Shown in pieces: positions 32,182-42,348 of a stretch of 64,000 bases of DNA. Below the pieces are notes generated by a model. It had not been told where the DNA came from, did no database searches, and saw only the letters and a list, made by a program, of their open reading frames with translations. This DNA is from Terriglobia bacterium (lineage in GTDB: Bacteria > Acidobacteriota > Terriglobia > 20CM-2-55-15): the NCBI GenBank assembly GCA_963664115.2, contig CAXWPJ010000002.1, forward strand, positions 704,001 through 768,000. The letters are read 5' to 3'. A program made the position numbers and the translations under genes. Each line of letters starts with the position of its first letter. Position 1 is the first letter of the stretch.

Positions 32182-33665
32182 TGGAAGCCGCCAGGCCCCT
32201 CATCGTACTGGTGTCGGTGGCGATCTATTTCATCGCATGCATGGCGATGGGTCTCTGGGCGTACAGGAAAACCCGTTCCACTGAGGACTTCTTCATGGCG
32301 GGCCGTGACCTGGGCGTGCTCGTAACCGCCTTTGCTCTGTTTTCAAGCATCCTGAGCGGCTTCGGTTTCGTGGGCGGTCCGGGACTGGTCTACCTCATGG
32401 GCATGAGCTCCATGTGGATGGTGGTGTGCGCGGGAATTGGCGGTGTGATCAGCTTTGCTCTCATTGCCAAGCGGATTCGTCTCTTCGCCGAATTGCGACA
32501 CTGTATATCGCTGCCCGATGTGGTGGCTGCCCGGTATGAGAGCGACTCGGTGCGGGCATCGGTGGCCGTCGTGATTCTGATCGGTGTGATCGGTTATCTG
32601 GCTACGCAGATTCTCGCGATGGCCATCGTTCTCCAGGACATTCTACGGAGCGCCGGTGTGTGGACCGAAATCAGCCTGGGGATGAGTGTCGCCATATCGT
32701 GTTCCGTCCTGCTCTTTTACACCGTTACCGGCGGGATTCTCGCTTCCGTTTACACGGACCTGATTCAGGGCGGTGTCATGGTTGTCGCTTCGGTACTGGT
32801 TTTTGTTACCGTCCTCACTACTTTTGATGGAGGCCTGACCGAGATCAGCCAGATCATCATGGCAGACGACGCCGAAGCGATGGGGCCCTGGGGCACGCTG
32901 GGCATCATGGGCTGCCTGTCGTGGTTTTTCATGTTCGGTGTCGGCGCCGTGGGGCAACCGCACGTCATCACGAAGTCGATGATGATGCGGCGCATTCGTG
33001 ACATCAAGCACATCGTACCTTTGACGTTCCTCGCCTACGTCGCTTCGGCTTTGCTGTGGCTCGGGATCGGCCTGGCGATGCGGGCACTGGTGGTCAGCGG
33101 CGCCCATCCCGCGCTTCTTTCGCCGGACGCGGCCGCGCCTCAGTTCCTTCAGAATTACACCCACCCGCTGCTGGCCGGAGTCGTGTTCGCCGGTCTGCTG
33201 GCCGCTATCATGTCCACAGCTGATGGATTCCTGAACATCGGCACCGCCGCCCTCGTCCACGACATTCCGACCGCTGTTCTGGGGCGCACGATAGCCAACC
33301 GGCTGTGGTGGGCCCGAATCGCGACCGTTGCGATCGCCGTAGCGGCCTCTGTGTTTGCGCTCTACACGGGCGATCTGGTCGCCCTGTTGGGTGCTTTCGG
33401 ATGGGGTACCTTCGCGGCCGCTCTGGTTCCCGTGGTGGCCATCGGTCTGAACTGGAAGCGTGCCTCGGCGCTGGCGGCGAACACGGCCGTCATCGCCAGC
33501 CTTTTGATCAACGTGGGCAGCCAGATCACGGGGCTTACGCCCCCTCTCGGCATCGACGTTGGCGCCCTGGCGCTGGCCGTTTCGCTGGTGCTTTTTGTCG
33601 GGATCTCGTTGGCCGGTCCCGAGCCCCGGATTAAGCCGGACGTCGCAATCATCATGAACGCGTAG
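32181..33665 (+). CDS. Sodium:solute symporter (PutP/PanF family)
   Basis: DFFMAGR, YT..GG...SVYTD.IQG, GQPH and AAIMSTAD motifs. Confidence 0.92.
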   Translation: MEAARPLIVLVSVAIYFIACMAMGLWAYRKTRSTEDFFMAGRDLGVLVTAFALFSSILSGFGFVGGPGLVYLMGMSSMWMVVCAGIGGVISFALIAKRIRLFAELRHCISLPDVVAARYESDSVRASVAVVILIGVIGYLATQILAMAIVLQDILRSAGVWTEISLGMSVAISCSVLLFYTVTGGILASVYTDLIQGGVMVVASVLVFVTVLTTFDGGLTEISQIIMADDAEAMGPWGTLGIMGCLSWFFMFGVGAVGQPHVITKSMMMRRIRDIKHIVPLTFLAYVASALLWLGIGLAMRALVVSGAHPALLSPDAAAPQFLQNYTHPLLAGVVFAGLLAAIMSTADGFLNIGTAALVHDIPTAVLGRTIANRLWWARIATVAIAVAASVFALYTGDLVALLGAFGWGTFAAALVPVVAIGLNWKRASALAANTAVIASLLINVGSQITGLTPPLGIDVGALALAVSLVLFVGISLAGPEPRIKPDVAIIMNA

Positions 33666-33790
33666 CTATGGTTTGGTTAACGCGCCACTACCGCCCGCGT
33701 CCGCCCGGTCCGCTTGAAAGCCGTGGGCGGGGGTGACAAGTTCTGCTATATTTTGAGGGCATTCCACAACGAAGAGGGAGGACTTACACA

Positions 33791-34600
33791 GTGATTTGGA
33801 TGCGCTCGCTGCTGACGATCGCGTGGCTCGCTGGTGCCGTGGGCGCTTCGCTCGCAGCCCAGGCCCCGGCGACGACAAATCCATTCGAAGGTGAGCCTGA
33901 CGCGGTGCGGACCGGGATGGGACTGTACCGCCTCAACTGTGCGGACTGCCATGGTGTGGACGCACGCGGTGTTCGGGGGCCCGATCTCACCGAGGTCTGG
34001 GCCTCGGGCAGAACCGACGCGGGTTTGTTCAGCACGATACGGAATGGAATAAGCGGTACGGAGATGGGACCGCGCACGGGGCCCCGTGGGCCCCGTGACG
34101 ATGAGATATGGAAGATGCTGGCCTACCTGCGTACGCTCGCGACACCGACATTGACACTGTCCCCGACTGGCGATGCCCCCAACGGTGAGAGAATTTTTCG
34201 GCAGAACTGCTCCGGGTGCCATCGGGTGATGGCCGTTGGCGGCCGCCTGGGCCCGGACCTCTCCCGTATCGGATCCTCGCGGTCGCGCGCGACGCTCGTA
34301 TCAACCATCCGCGAGGGCGCCCGGGTACAGTCGGACTCCGGCTATGCACCTGTGACGCTGACGACGGACAGCGGTCAGGCTATGCGAGGCGTGACCAAGA
34401 ACGAAGACCTTTTTTCGATACAGATCATGGCGGTGGAGGGACGGATACAGGGTTTCGAGAAGGAGAGTCTCGAGGCGTTGGACAAGCCCACCGAATCGCT
34501 GATGCCCGCATTCGGAAGGGATAGGCTCAGTGACAGCGAGCTCGACGATCTCGCGAGCTATCTCGAGACGCTGCGCGGATTCGATCCCGCCGTTCCATAG
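33791..34600 (+). CDS. Diheme c-type cytochrome
   Basis: CADCH, CSGCH, GPDL and SLMP motifs. Confidence 0.88.
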   Translation: MIWMRSLLTIAWLAGAVGASLAAQAPATTNPFEGEPDAVRTGMGLYRLNCADCHGVDARGVRGPDLTEVWASGRTDAGLFSTIRNGISGTEMGPRTGPRGPRDDEIWKMLAYLRTLATPTLTLSPTGDAPNGERIFRQNCSGCHRVMAVGGRLGPDLSRIGSSRSRATLVSTIREGARVQSDSGYAPVTLTTDSGQAMRGVTKNEDLFSIQIMAVEGRIQGFEKESLEALDKPTESLMPAFGRDRLSDSELDDLASYLETLRGFDPAVP

Positions 34601-34637
34601 AGATAAGAGATAGAGATAAGAGAGAGAGGAAGAACCC

Positions 34638-36281
34638 ATGCGCTTGACTATGATCGTTGTCTCGGGCCTGCTGCTCATCGCTGCTGCTGTTCCCACCACT
34701 GCAATCGTTGGCGCCCCTCAGGCGGTGCCTGGGCGGGTGACGGCCGAGGAGATTCTGGAGGGTCTGCCCGCGGACGGGTCGCGGTGGCTGACTTTCGGCG
34801 GGGATTTTGCGAATCAGCGGCACAGCCCGCTCACTGAGATCACACTCGAAAACGTCGACAGGCTCATCCCGCAGTGGACGTTCCAGACCAACACGCTCGA
34901 CGACTTCGAAACGACCACCCTCATGCGCGACAACGTTCTCTACGTGACCGGACCGTCGAACACGGCGTGGGCTATCGATGCACGTAGCGGGCGAGAAATC
35001 TGGTCGTATCGGCGCGAGTTGCCCCTCAACCTGACAGCCTGCTGCGGACTCGTCAACAAAGGCTTCGCCATGCTTGGCGACAAGCTCTATCTGGCGACGC
35101 TCGACGCGCACCTGCTGGCGCTGGATATGAGCACGGGTGCCATCGTCTGGGACGCGACGATGGAGGATTACCAGGTCGGCTACGCGTCGACCATCGCCCC
35201 GCTTGCGGTTGATGGCAAGATCATCGTCGGCGTCGCCGGGGGCGAGTTCGGCATACGTGGTTTCATCGACGCCTATGATGCGGAAACCGGACAGCGGGTG
35301 TGGCGGTTCTACACGATTCCGGGCCCGGGTGAACCCGGTAACGAGACGTGGTCGGGGGACTCCTGGCGAACCGGCGGTGCCAGCGTATGGGTCACCGGCG
35401 CCTACGATCCGGAACAGAACCTTCTCTTCTACGGCATCGGCAATCCGGGCCCGGATTACTACGGTGCGGTCCGTGAGGGCGACAATCTCTACAGTGCCTC
35501 GCTGGTCGCGCTCGACGCCACTACAGGTGAGTTGCGCTGGCACTATCAGTTCACGCCTCACGACGTACACGACTGGGACGCCACCGAAGTGCCCATTCTT
35601 GCCGACATTGAAATCGATGGGCGGCTCCGTCAGGTTGTGATGTTTGCAAACCGCAACGGCTTCTATTACACGCTGGACCGGACCAATGGCGAGATCATCC
35701 TCGCGGAACCTTTCGTGCGAACCACCTGGGCCACTGAAATCGGCGCCGATGGCCGTCCAGTTCTCCTGCCGGGCAACATACCCGATGAAGAGGGCGAGAT
35801 CACCTGTCCCGACCTCACTGGGGGGACGAACTTCTGGCCGCCTACCTTCGACCCGGTGACGCAGGTTTTCTTCGTCAACGCGCGTGAGTCGTGCATGACG
35901 TATTACGCGTGGGAACAGGAATACATTCCGGGTCAGCGTTTTACCGGGGGTGCGGGTGAGCGTATTCGAGACGATCCGGAGATGCCGCTTTACGGCGCGC
36001 TCCGAGCGCTGGATCCGGCTACGGGAGAGCGCCTGTGGGAGTTCCGATATCCGGACCCGTCGTCATCAGGACTGCTGTCAACGGCGTCGGGCCTCATCTT
36101 CAGTGGGGACGCCGACGGGAATCTGCTGGCGCTCGACTCCCGCAGCGGAGAGTTGCTGTGGCGCTATCAGATGGGTTCGCGGCTGCACGGCACGTCGCCC
36201 ATCACCTACATGCTGGATGGGCGTCAGCATGTGCTGGTGCCGGCAGGCACGACGCTGACGGCCTGGGCATTGCCCGAGTAG
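34638..36281 (+). CDS. PQQ-dependent dehydrogenase (methanol/ethanol family)
   Basis: Vicinal CC, GGE, GNPGP, HDVHDWDA and ANRNGF motifs; PQQ beta-propeller repeats. Confidence 0.93.
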   Translation: MRLTMIVVSGLLLIAAAVPTTAIVGAPQAVPGRVTAEEILEGLPADGSRWLTFGGDFANQRHSPLTEITLENVDRLIPQWTFQTNTLDDFETTTLMRDNVLYVTGPSNTAWAIDARSGREIWSYRRELPLNLTACCGLVNKGFAMLGDKLYLATLDAHLLALDMSTGAIVWDATMEDYQVGYASTIAPLAVDGKIIVGVAGGEFGIRGFIDAYDAETGQRVWRFYTIPGPGEPGNETWSGDSWRTGGASVWVTGAYDPEQNLLFYGIGNPGPDYYGAVREGDNLYSASLVALDATTGELRWHYQFTPHDVHDWDATEVPILADIEIDGRLRQVVMFANRNGFYYTLDRTNGEIILAEPFVRTTWATEIGADGRPVLLPGNIPDEEGEITCPDLTGGTNFWPPTFDPVTQVFFVNARESCMTYYAWEQEYIPGQRFTGGAGERIRDDPEMPLYGALRALDPATGERLWEFRYPDPSSSGLLSTASGLIFSGDADGNLLALDSRSGELLWRYQMGSRLHGTSPITYMLDGRQHVLVPAGTTLTAWALPE

Positions 36282-36419
36282 CGCGTCCAAAGACCCTTTC
36301 GCTTGTTAGCGTGCAGACCGTTGATCGAGATCTCTTAAACCGGATCTGCAACGATCTTGCCATCACCCAGACACCAACCTTCCGCGTTGCCGCAAGGTTG
36401 CAGAACTGGTGAAGCCGAA

Positions 36420-36875
36420 TTATGCCCCGTCATCGATGACCGCGATGGCGCGGATTTCTATCTTGCACCTGGAGTCCGTAGCGAGACACGTCACTCCGAC
36501 AGTTGTCGAAGCTGGAAGGTGGTTGGGAAAGAACTCGGCCTGGGCTCGGTTGGCTTTGTCCTGTTCATCCATGGTCACGATGAATCGGGTCACATCGACA
36601 ATATCATCCAGACTGCCCCCGGCAGCTTCGACGGTCTTCCTCACGTTCTCATAGGCGATGCGGGTTTGCTCTCCCATGTCCTCGGGGATAGCTTCAAACT
36701 CTTCGGGTTTATGAGGATGGGAATGGTAGACAGGGGCTGCGGTACAACCTGAAACGAACAGGATCTTGCCCTTGTTGACTTTCAGGCCGGGAGCATAGGG
36801 CATCCAAACATCTTTCGGCGCATCCCTGTGGTGGATCGTTTCTACATCTTTCGCCACGTCTCGAACCCTCCGCAA
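36420..36875 (-). CDS. RidA/YjgF family protein
   Basis: LFVSG, GGSLDDIV, PASTTVGV and KIEI motifs. Confidence 0.85.
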   Translation of the reverse strand: MRRVRDVAKDVETIHHRDAPKDVWMPYAPGLKVNKGKILFVSGCTAAPVYHSHPHKPEEFEAIPEDMGEQTRIAYENVRKTVEAAGGSLDDIVDVTRFIVTMDEQDKANRAQAEFFPNHLPASTTVGVTCLATDSRCKIEIRAIAVIDDGA

Positions 36876-37013
36876 TAAAGTCGATTCCTTTAGGACATAC
36901 GTTCTGTCAGTTGTTCAAACAAGCTCCCGACGATGTACATCCGGGGTGCTGTGACCGCGGTGTCACTTATGCAGCGCAGTTTTAATTTCCATAATTTCCG
37001 GCCATTCACCCAC

Positions 37014-38396
37014 TCAATTCGCTGTGTCAGTCGCAAACCCTTCAAGAATATCCAGCATTATGGTGACGCCCCGCCGGAGGTTCTCCACTGAGATGCGCTC
37101 GTTGTTGCCGTGCACACCCCCCCTGTCCGCAAGCGGGATGACGGTTGGAATATAGCCGTAAGCCGCTATGCCGAGGTCGCGAAGGAAGTGACTGTCGGTA
37201 AACCCCGTGCTCACGGCAGGCACCACAGGCGCACCGGGGAAATGCTCCGTGCTGACGCTCTCCAGCAGACGATAGAGATCGGTATCGACCGAGGAGACGG
37301 CGGGGGTGAATCCGAGTATCATTTCGATCTCAATTTCGTCGCCCAGCACATCGCCGAGCTCACTGATGAAGTCTGCCCGGTCCTGGTCGGGCAGCAAGCG
37401 GCAATCGATTTCTGCCCAGGCCTCGGGTGGAACAACGTTGATCTTGTCACTGGCGCCGAGCCGGGTAATGGAGCAGGTGTTCCGAATGAGCGCGTGCATT
37501 CCCGGATTGTCCCTCTGGAGCTCTGACGCAACACTTAGAGTACGAATGGCCGTCGCAATATCTCTGAAGTGATCCTGCCATTTGGGAGCGGCGGCCGCTG
37601 CGATGCCTCTGAAATACGCGTCAACGGCCGGTACAATACGTGGTTCGAACTCATATTCGCGAAGCCGCTCCACCGCTGCGATCAGACGCGTCACTGATGA
37701 CGACTCAAGCGGCCGGGAACCGTGGCCCGGCTCGCCCCGGGCCGTGAGACGGAACCAATGCGGGACCTTCTGGGTGACCTCGACGCCAAACTGGACCAGG
37801 CCTTCATCCTCCCGTCCACCACCGCCCTCGTTGATGACGAAGCCCACGTTTTCGAACAGCTCCGGACGGTTTTCCACCAGCCATCCGACGCCGAAAAAAC
37901 CACCCGCTTCCTCATCGGCGGTCGCCATGAAGATGACGTCCCTGGAAAGAGGCGTGCCCTGCCGGTGCAGTGCGATAAAGGCCGCCAGATGAATAATCCC
38001 GCTCGACTTGGTGTCGAGCGTGCCGCGCCCGTAGACATGGCCGTCGCGGATTTCGCCAGATAGGGGCTCCGTCAACCAGTATTCCCGGTCCGCAGGAACG
38101 ACGTCCATGTGGTGCAGGAGTACGAGTGCGGGTTCGTCGCCGCCCTCCAGCCGCGCCCAGATATTGCCACGGCCCGGAGCCGATTCCGCAATCTCATAAT
38201 CAATACCTTCCGCCTCAAAAATCCCTGCCAGAAACTCTGCTCCGGCGATCTCGTTTCCCGGAGGGTTGATGGTGTCGACGCGGATGTAATCCTGCAGCCA
38301 CGCGACGGCCTCATCGCCCAGGGCAACCAGGTTGACTTGAGCTGAGCCCACCTGCGCGACGAGCAACAACATGAGCGCGAGAAGGCAGCGCTTCAT
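37014..38396 (-). CDS. M20/M25/M40 family metallopeptidase, secreted
   Basis: HMDVVPA, GRGTLDTK, DEE, NEGG and HGNNE motifs. Confidence 0.92.
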   Translation of the reverse strand: MKRCLLALMLLLVAQVGSAQVNLVALGDEAVAWLQDYIRVDTINPPGNEIAGAEFLAGIFEAEGIDYEIAESAPGRGNIWARLEGGDEPALVLLHHMDVVPADREYWLTEPLSGEIRDGHVYGRGTLDTKSSGIIHLAAFIALHRQGTPLSRDVIFMATADEEAGGFFGVGWLVENRPELFENVGFVINEGGGGREDEGLVQFGVEVTQKVPHWFRLTARGEPGHGSRPLESSSVTRLIAAVERLREYEFEPRIVPAVDAYFRGIAAAAAPKWQDHFRDIATAIRTLSVASELQRDNPGMHALIRNTCSITRLGASDKINVVPPEAWAEIDCRLLPDQDRADFISELGDVLGDEIEIEMILGFTPAVSSVDTDLYRLLESVSTEHFPGAPVVPAVSTGFTDSHFLRDLGIAAYGYIPTVIPLADRGGVHGNNERISVENLRRGVTIMLDILEGFATDTAN

Positions 38397-38456
38397 CTTT
38401 TCCTCCTTTGGATCTGTTTTCTTTCCGCCAACCGGAGCGATCGGGCCGTGCCCTAC

Positions 38457-40313
38457 CTAGACCCAAAACAAGCGCATAACCAGTCCGCCGAGGCCCAGTT
38501 CGCGCCGATAGAATTCGAGGCATAGAATCCCGTTCCCGGATGGCCTGTTCCAGGTATCGAGTTTCTGTTGAATCTGTTTCAGTTCAGCCTCGCTGGTGTT
38601 GGACGGTTGACAGAAACCGGGACCTCGATCGCCCGGGCTCAGAGTCATGATCGGGTCAACATCGCAGAGGCTGACGCAACACATCCACCCCGCGGAACAA
38701 GACCGGCAACCACCGGTTCCAGGCCAGGATCCGGAACAGAATGCGCCGCCCGGTGCGCACGAGTTGGCACGGCACAAGCATGAAAGCGTTCAAGAAGGTT
38801 TTGAACTCCATGCGCAGCACGGTTTGCTTCTCAGCCTGATATTTTTGGCCCCAACGTCCGGTTTCGGGAAGCAGCAATGCAAACCACGCTTTCAGTGTCC
38901 AGGCCAGTGACGCGATCACCATGTAGGCCCAGTTGCTGGTCTGATCTCCGACCGGCATCCGCAACGCCTGAACGCCGTTCTTCAACTGCTCAATGAGATT
39001 CTCCTGATTGCACCGTTGATTGGCACGCATCACAATCTGGTCGGCCGGATCCGAACGGTTGGTAATGTAGAAGAAGTACCGGATGTCGTCAAACAACACC
39101 TGCTCTCCTTTGGCCACCGACAGATTCTTCCGCACCACGACGACACGGTAGTCCCGATCGCAGGCTCCGGGTCGATACCGAAACTCGGCCACATCCTCAC
39201 CCTGCAAGCGGATATTGTCGAAACCGCGCTGCCGAACGATCTCTTCCTTCACGTTGTCGGGACGTTGGCGCGGTTCGGTCGCCACGTCGTATTTCGCGGG
39301 CCGTTCCAGGCGCTTCCACTGGCGCGGCTCCAGTTCATCGGCCCGGGCCTTCAGGTTCGCCATCGCGTCAATCCCGAATATGAAACCCACCTGCTGGTCG
39401 TCCCATCCGTCCAGATGCCGGGTCTGGCTGAAGTCCGTGTCCCCGCGCAGCAGGATCTGGCGAAACCCCGCATGCCGGCACAATGCGATGGCTTGGTCGA
39501 ACCGGACCGCGGCTCCTTCATGCGACGGCCGGTTGCCGCTACGATTGACCAGATACAGCGGTTCGGCGGTGTTGGCCAGCGAGATCATCAGCGGGTGATA
39601 TCCCCACGTCCCGTCGTAGGCCACGTCCATCCCTTGCTTGCATTCCCCCGTGGTTTCGGCCAGTGTCCCGTCCGCGTCCAACACCGCTTCTTCGAAAAAC
39701 GCCGCCGGTTGCTGTCGCCAGACTCCGAGCCGGACTTGATTGGTTGCCTCCATCAGACACTCCACGTCGTCGGCCTCGAATCTCCGGCAGAAGTCTCCCG
39801 CCGTCGTCGGATCCGGAATCCGTTGCGCTCCCAGCGCATCCAGATACACCGCATCGTTGCGCCGCAGTTCGATGTCTTCCAGGCACGTTCCTCCGCTCAA
39901 GGCGTTGTAGGCGATGTTCAGCACGTGATCCGACTCGTGATACGGCAGGTGCCGCTTCAACACATGCACGCCCTTGTCGATGGCTTCGATCAGCCCGGTC
40001 CGCCGCGCCACCAGTTGCATCGTCCCGATACCACCAACCGATGTGCCCCGCGTCCGCTCTCCCATCTCGTACTGAATGTTGCTCGCCGAAAACATCGGCT
40101 CTACCTGATCCGTCCAATGCCGGTCCCCAAGCCGACGTTCGATTCGCCGCTTGCGGTTCCTCATGTTCTTGCGCGTATAATCGTTCATCTGAAATGCCTC
40201 CTTTTCCGAAGAATCTGTTCAAGGTTTTTTTCGCACGGAGAGGGGGCATTTCGGGTACTTCCGCTCTTATTGCACTATCATTTCCTCGTCAATCACGCTT
40301 GTTCAGGGCCTAG
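38457..40313 (-). mobile_element. IS1380 family insertion sequence
   Basis: Terminal inverted repeats CTAGaCCCaaAACAAGCG and CTAGgCCCtgAACAAGCG flank a DDE transposase; CTAG at both ends may be a target duplication. Confidence 0.85.
38656..40188 (-). CDS. IS1380 family transposase
   Basis: LDADGT, GYHPL, LRGDTDF and R...ENLIEQLK motifs. Confidence 0.9.
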   Translation of the reverse strand: MNDYTRKNMRNRKRRIERRLGDRHWTDQVEPMFSASNIQYEMGERTRGTSVGGIGTMQLVARRTGLIEAIDKGVHVLKRHLPYHESDHVLNIAYNALSGGTCLEDIELRRNDAVYLDALGAQRIPDPTTAGDFCRRFEADDVECLMEATNQVRLGVWRQQPAAFFEEAVLDADGTLAETTGECKQGMDVAYDGTWGYHPLMISLANTAEPLYLVNRSGNRPSHEGAAVRFDQAIALCRHAGFRQILLRGDTDFSQTRHLDGWDDQQVGFIFGIDAMANLKARADELEPRQWKRLERPAKYDVATEPRQRPDNVKEEIVRQRGFDNIRLQGEDVAEFRYRPGACDRDYRVVVVRKNLSVAKGEQVLFDDIRYFFYITNRSDPADQIVMRANQRCNQENLIEQLKNGVQALRMPVGDQTSNWAYMVIASLAWTLKAWFALLLPETGRWGQKYQAEKQTVLRMEFKTFLNAFMLVPCQLVRTGRRILFRILAWNRWLPVLFRGVDVLRQPLRC

Positions 40314-40317
40314 AGCA

Positions 40318-40533
40318 TCACGGCAGCGGCACCCGTTCCCTCAGTGCGTCAAACCAGTTCAGAACGATGTTGATCTGCTGGCGTTCGGCGTCCCTGGCAA
40401 ACTCTTCCGGTAGCGTCTTAATCGCCACCTCACGACCCAGCTTCGTGTCATGCGCACGCTACACCTCACCCATGCCACCCTTACCCAGGGCAGAGAGGAT
40501 CTCGTAGTGGCCGAGTTTTGCGCCGGAATCCAT
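40318..40533 (-). pseudogene. Empty kinase shell: Ser/Thr kinase N-terminus fused in frame directly to its C-terminal tail
   Basis: [50 protein letters not shown] joined to QQINIVLNWFDALRERVPLP*. Confidence 0.9.
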
Positions 40534-40631
40534 GATTTCGTATGTGGCCGAGTTGCGCCGCGAAATTCTGGTAAGTCTATCTACATGGGAGGCTTATTGG
40601 CAAGGCAAGGGTCAATTCTAGAATCTTGGTC

Positions 40632-40719
40632 AATTCTCAATGTTCGAGAAGATGATTTCTCAGGACTTGACCTCGAAAATCAGGGGACCGGCACCCGTTC
40701 CTTCAGTTCTTCAAACCAG
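40632..40719. repeat. Repeat R plus kinase tail (WFEELKERVPVP*, minus strand)
   Basis: AATTCTCAATGTTCGAGAAGATGATTTCTCAGGACTTGACCTCGAAAATCA followed by the tail. Confidence 0.9.
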
Positions 40720-40985
40720 ACTTCATGAGTGCGGCTCACCCCGAATGATGAAAATAAGCATTTTCGCGCTCCCGATACTGCGGAAGAGGGCCCGAAACGC
40801 CTGGACTGATCCTAAGGGACTTACGCCATATTTTCGTAACAGTTCTGGACGAATTTGATCCCCTTGGATGAAATCGCTATACCCTGACCCCACTTTCCAT
40901 ACGAATGCGCTCTGATATCGACTATGCACTCATGACGCCACCATTTACTTCATTACGTCGGCAGTTGTGCCGGTATACTCCGCGC

Positions 40986-41798
40986 ATGATGAATCTCGCC
41001 CTCATTACCGTCTTCACCGCCCTGGCGATTCTCCTTTGCGCAGGATTCCTACACCTGCTTCCTCGTCTGGGCGGTTTCGGGCGCCGCATCTCCGAGTCAA
41101 TGTGCCGCGCCCCGATGCTCGACGTGCTGATCACCTACTTCGGCATAGCCCCACTCGCCGTCGGTCCCATCGTCGGAGGCTGGATCGGGCTGGCCGGCGG
41201 CATCTTCGGTCAGATCAGCGCGGTGCTGATTTGGTCCCTCCTGCACAGCGCGGCCAATCCCCGCGTGCGCCGCGGTCCTCGCATCCACAGGACACTCAAC
41301 CAGATCGTCGGCCCCTGGCGAAATTACACGGCCCTCTGGCTGACGGCGCTGATGGTGCCGATGTTCTGGACCGTGCGTATGATCGAGATCTTTCTCTATC
41401 CTTTGATCCGCGGTCTCGTGCGCTTCCCGAAGTACGACCAAGGCACTTGGGTCTGCGTATCGCGCCAGAAGTTCGACGGCCTCATCAGCCACGACCTGAT
41501 CTGGTGCCTTTACTGCGACTGGATGACCGGTGTCTGGTCGCTCGGCTCGGAGATACTGCGCAACGTCGAATCATTCTGGTGCCCCATCCGATTCTCCAGC
41601 CACGAGAAGTGCGCCAACTGCCAGGTCGACTTTCCCGACGTCGCCGGCGCATGGGTTTCCGCCGACGGAACGATGACCCAGGTGACCGAGGTCCTCAACC
41701 GCAAGTACGATGGCACAACCGATGGCGCCAACTCATGGTTCGGTCACCCGACCAGACTGACAGGCAACGGCGACCCCTCCACGAAACGGGAGTGCTGA
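40986..41798 (+). CDS. Hypothetical membrane protein (cargo)
   Basis: Several TM segments and Cys-rich WCLYCDW and FWCPI motifs; GC-rich coding. Confidence 0.75.
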   Translation: MMNLALITVFTALAILLCAGFLHLLPRLGGFGRRISESMCRAPMLDVLITYFGIAPLAVGPIVGGWIGLAGGIFGQISAVLIWSLLHSAANPRVRRGPRIHRTLNQIVGPWRNYTALWLTALMVPMFWTVRMIEIFLYPLIRGLVRFPKYDQGTWVCVSRQKFDGLISHDLIWCLYCDWMTGVWSLGSEILRNVESFWCPIRFSSHEKCANCQVDFPDVAGAWVSADGTMTQVTEVLNRKYDGTTDGANSWFGHPTRLTGNGDPSTKREC

Positions 41799-42018
41799 CG
41801 CCAGGCCCATCATCGCAGACCCGCTCCCGTCTCAACTCCCCATCGACCTGCAGTTCCGCTCAATCATGAAGTCTGAAAACCTACTTTATCCATAGCTCCA
41901 CCATTGCGGCTTCACACCGGCCGCGCCTTTCAAATTCTGTTATCGAAATTGTCGCGGTAGAAACCGATCGGCAGGTCCTGCGACATTGTGCGCCGCCCCA
42001 CTTCCGATCAACACTAGA

Positions 42019-42104
42019 GATTTCTCAGGACTTGACCTCGAAAATCAGGGCACCGGCACCCGCTCGCGCAGCTCTTGGAACCAGTTCAGGACTATGTTGA
42101 TTTG
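42019..42104. repeat. Partial R plus kinase tail (QINIVLNWFQELRERVPVP*)
   Basis: GATTTCTCAGGACTTGACCTCGAAAATCA followed by the tail. Confidence 0.88.
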
Positions 42105-42296
42105 GCTCGACGCAGGATCAAGAACCTTAGGGCTGGAGTGGTATAACTTGAACGCCGTCTCTTAGCAAAACAGTGCAGTGTGGAAGTAAGGCTGACCAAC
42201 GCCCTCTCAATGACATCTCTCTCCTGTTCCGACACCGACGCTTCTCAGCTTGGCGTACCGGGATGGAACGCCCTTAGTAGACACGACTTTAGTTCC

Positions 42297-42348
42297 TGGA
42301 CGTGAGGTTGCAATCGAGACCCTTCCCGAAGAGTTCGCCAAGGATGCA
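42297..42348 (+). pseudogene. Inverted internal kinase fragment
   Basis: GREVAIETLPEEFAKDA on the plus strand, opposite to all other kinase pieces. Confidence 0.7.

Noticed and set aside
34598-34632. AG-rich run AGATAAGAGATAGAGATAAGAGAGAGAGG
   Set aside because: Short low-complexity stretch ending in an RBS; no evidence of further function.
39016-40413. 465-aa plus-strand ORF
   Set aside because: Antisense shadow of the IS1380 transposase.
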